64,000 bases of DNA from a virus: positions 32,001 to 96,000 of IMG/VR virus record IMGVR_UViG_3300025913_000021; one strand, 5' to 3'. The stretch's first letter is position 1, and every line of letters starts with the position of its first letter. A model generated the notes under the pieces. That model was not told the DNA's origin, did not search any database, and worked only from the letters and a program-made list of their open reading frames with translations. Shown piece after piece: positions 62,257-64,000 of the stretch. A program made the translations under genes and the position numbers.

Positions 62257-62842
62257 GGTAGGGCTCGCTATCGGGGATGTCGCCGGGCGCATCGCTCGGC
62301 GTGACGAGGAACGGGTCGGCCGCGAAGCAGGTGTTGAGGTGCACCAGCTCGTGCCCGAGCTGCACGTCCCAGTGGTTGCGCGCCGTTTTCGAGACTTCCA
62401 CGGCGGTCTCGATCGCGCGGCCTCGGACGATATAGGCGAGCGTCCGAAGTGGCTGCACGCAGCGAGCGGTGTTCGCACCCATCGGGATCGGCCGACGGAC
62501 GTGCTCACCGCCGAGGTAGATCGACTCCCAGAACGGAGGGAGTTCGCTGATAACCCGGCTTATCACCTGCCGGAAGTTCGGCTGCACCACGGCGTCGTCC
62601 TCCAGTACGAGGACCGTCGCGCCCTTCGGGGAGCCCTCCAGCACCGCACGGTGGCTCATCATGCAGCCGTACGCCTCGGGCGACCCGATCCAGTTCGACG
62701 GCGGGGTGAGCGTGCCACCCTCGATCGCGTCGATGATGCGGATCGGGAAGCCGAGGCGCTGGTCGAGACCGACCAGGGCAGCCCGACGATCAGTACGGCG
62801 AGCCAGCGATATGCACGCCGCGAAGTCGGGCTGCCAGGTCAT
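62246..62842 (-). CDS. glycosyltransferase family 25-like protein
   Basis: ISLARRTDRR, DAIEG, GCMMSH, LVLEDDA. Confidence 0.85.
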   Translation of the reverse strand: MTWQPDFAACISLARRTDRRAALVGLDQRLGFPIRIIDAIEGGTLTPPSNWIGSPEAYGCMMSHRAVLEGSPKGATVLVLEDDAVVQPNFRQVISRVISELPPFWESIYLGGEHVRRPIPMGANTARCVQPLRTLAYIVRGRAIETAVEVSKTARNHWDVQLGHELVHLNTCFAADPFLVTPSDAPGDIPDSEPYRAQ

Positions 62843-63363
62843 CAGAAGCCGACCCCCTCCGGGATCTCGTCGAACCGATGCTCGTCGGATTCTTCCACCG
62901 GCTCGGCCGATTCGACCTGGAGGGCGCGCTTCTCGGCGTCCTTGGCCTCCACGTCGGACCAGTCCTCGTCGGGCGCAGGGGCCAGCTCGTTGACCAGCTC
63001 GGCGGGGTCCTCACCCGGCTCCTCTGCCTGGTCCTCGCGGCCCGGCTCCTCCTCGATGACCTTGTTCTGCTTGGCCTTCTCGGCAGCCTCTGCGGCCTCG
63101 AACATGGCCTTGCGCTGCGCCGGGGTGAGCACGGACAGGATCTGCGCCTCCTCGACCACCAGCATGTGGTGCAGCGTCGAGTTGCCCTTGCGATCCTCGC
63201 CATCCGTGCGTGCCCTCACGCGCAGCGAGAGGTTGATGTTGAGGATCGTGCCCTTGGGCCAGTCCCCCTCGACCTCCAGCTTCGTGCTCGGGATCTGGGC
63301 CGTGTAGGTGACGGCCTCCTCCTGCTCCTCCGGTGGCTGTTCCACCGAATCGGGCTCGGTCAT
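62842..63363 (-). CDS. acidic hypothetical protein
   Basis: Coupled to the GT gene; internal KVIEEEP. Confidence 0.7.
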   Translation of the reverse strand: MTEPDSVEQPPEEQEEAVTYTAQIPSTKLEVEGDWPKGTILNINLSLRVRARTDGEDRKGNSTLHHMLVVEEAQILSVLTPAQRKAMFEAAEAAEKAKQNKVIEEEPGREDQAEEPGEDPAELVNELAPAPDEDWSDVEAKDAEKRALQVESAEPVEESDEHRFDEIPEGVGF

Positions 63364-63366
63364 GCG

Positions 63367-63858
63367 TCAGTCTCCGCTCTCGATGGCCGGTGGGCCGGAT
63401 GCGCCACCGGGAAGTCCGGGCAGCAGGTCGATCGCCTGCCCCAGCTTGTACGCGACCTCGATCCGCTCGCGCACCACGTCACCCACGGTGCGTCCATCAG
63501 GCAGCACGATGTGGGCCATGAACTCGTCCTCGAACGTGGTCACCCCCGTCGAGACGGCTTCGAGCTTCGCCTTGATCACCAGCACCATCGAGCGCCAGCG
63601 TCGGCGAACCTCCTGGTCGTACGCGCCCTCGGGGTTGGTGCGAGTGCGCCCGCTCGGGCCGATGTGAAACCGACGCTCGTCTGGATCGGGCAACGGCACC
63701 GTGAAGCGGACGACCCGTTCGTGTGCTCGGAACGCCACCTGGGCGAACCCGCCGTCCCAGCCGTAGGTGAAGCCGTTCGCCCCGTACTTGAGCAGGAGCT
63801 TGGCTATCTCCGCCTGCGACTTCTCCGGCGAGACCGAGGTGGACTCGGCGTACGCCAC
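63367..63858 (-). CDS. hypothetical protein
   Basis: YAESTSVS..KS..EI, WRSMVLVIKAKLEAV. Confidence 0.7.
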   Translation of the reverse strand: MAYAESTSVSPEKSQAEIAKLLLKYGANGFTYGWDGGFAQVAFRAHERVVRFTVPLPDPDERRFHIGPSGRTRTNPEGAYDQEVRRRWRSMVLVIKAKLEAVSTGVTTFEDEFMAHIVLPDGRTVGDVVRERIEVAYKLGQAIDLLPGLPGGASGPPAIESGD

Positions 63859-63862
63859 GGCA

Positions 63863-64000
63863 CTACGGCTGTCGCGCGATGGCGGCGTTGGCCCACATGA
63901 GGGCCTCCTCCAACTTCGTGATCACCAGTGCGTGCTCGCGGCCGGGCGGCAGGGCCGCGTCCAGCAGCGAGACGAACTCGATGAACAGCGCCCGCGTCTT
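63863..64000 (-). CDS. partial Acb2/Tad1-like helical hairpin protein
   Basis: ...LLDAALPPGREHALVITKLEEALMWANAAIARQP*; runs off the window. Confidence 0.6.
   Translation of the reverse strand, partial: KTRALFIEFVSLLDAALPPGREHALVITKLEEALMWANAAIARQP

Noticed and set aside
1-64000. Virion structural genes, rRNA, transposases
   Set aside because: None were recognisable, so the phage assignment rests on gene content and organisation only.

Overview
High-GC, gene-dense window that reads as the non-structural arm of a large actinobacterial phage. A phage-like megaplasmid is also possible, because no virion genes are visible. About 59 kb of mostly small, overlapping + strand ORFs end at a strong hairpin (59031-59063), after which genes run on the - strand. 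Recognisable products include Ku, an ATP-dependent DNA ligase, a RavA/MoxR AAA+ ATPase with its VWA partner, a second VWA protein, RuvB, a tyrosine recombinase and a WhiG/FliA-like sigma factor. Also present are an Lsr2-like/zinc-finger chimera, WGR, YodL-like, GNAT, metallophosphoesterase, SAM-methyltransferase-like, HNH (x2) and LAGLIDADG proteins. The rest comprise a LAXTG sortase-anchored Thr-rich protein, a LysM lysin, dCTP deaminase, GT25, a partial Acb2/Tad1-like gene, tRNA-Pro and tRNA-Trp. The most striking unexplained signal is that at least 19 otherwise unrelated proteins end in the same peptide, [Y/H/F]-x-[I/V]-x-E-x-P-stop (mostly ...IxEEP). The motif is encoded with synonymous codon variation and persists where no downstream gene needs a Shine-Dalgarno site, which suggests a genome-wide C-terminal tag. 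A recurrent intergenic CCGAAC/GTTCGG motif, a D-arm-less tRNA-like element and a structured RNA candidate are also noted. All family calls are motif recognition by eye; no searches were run.
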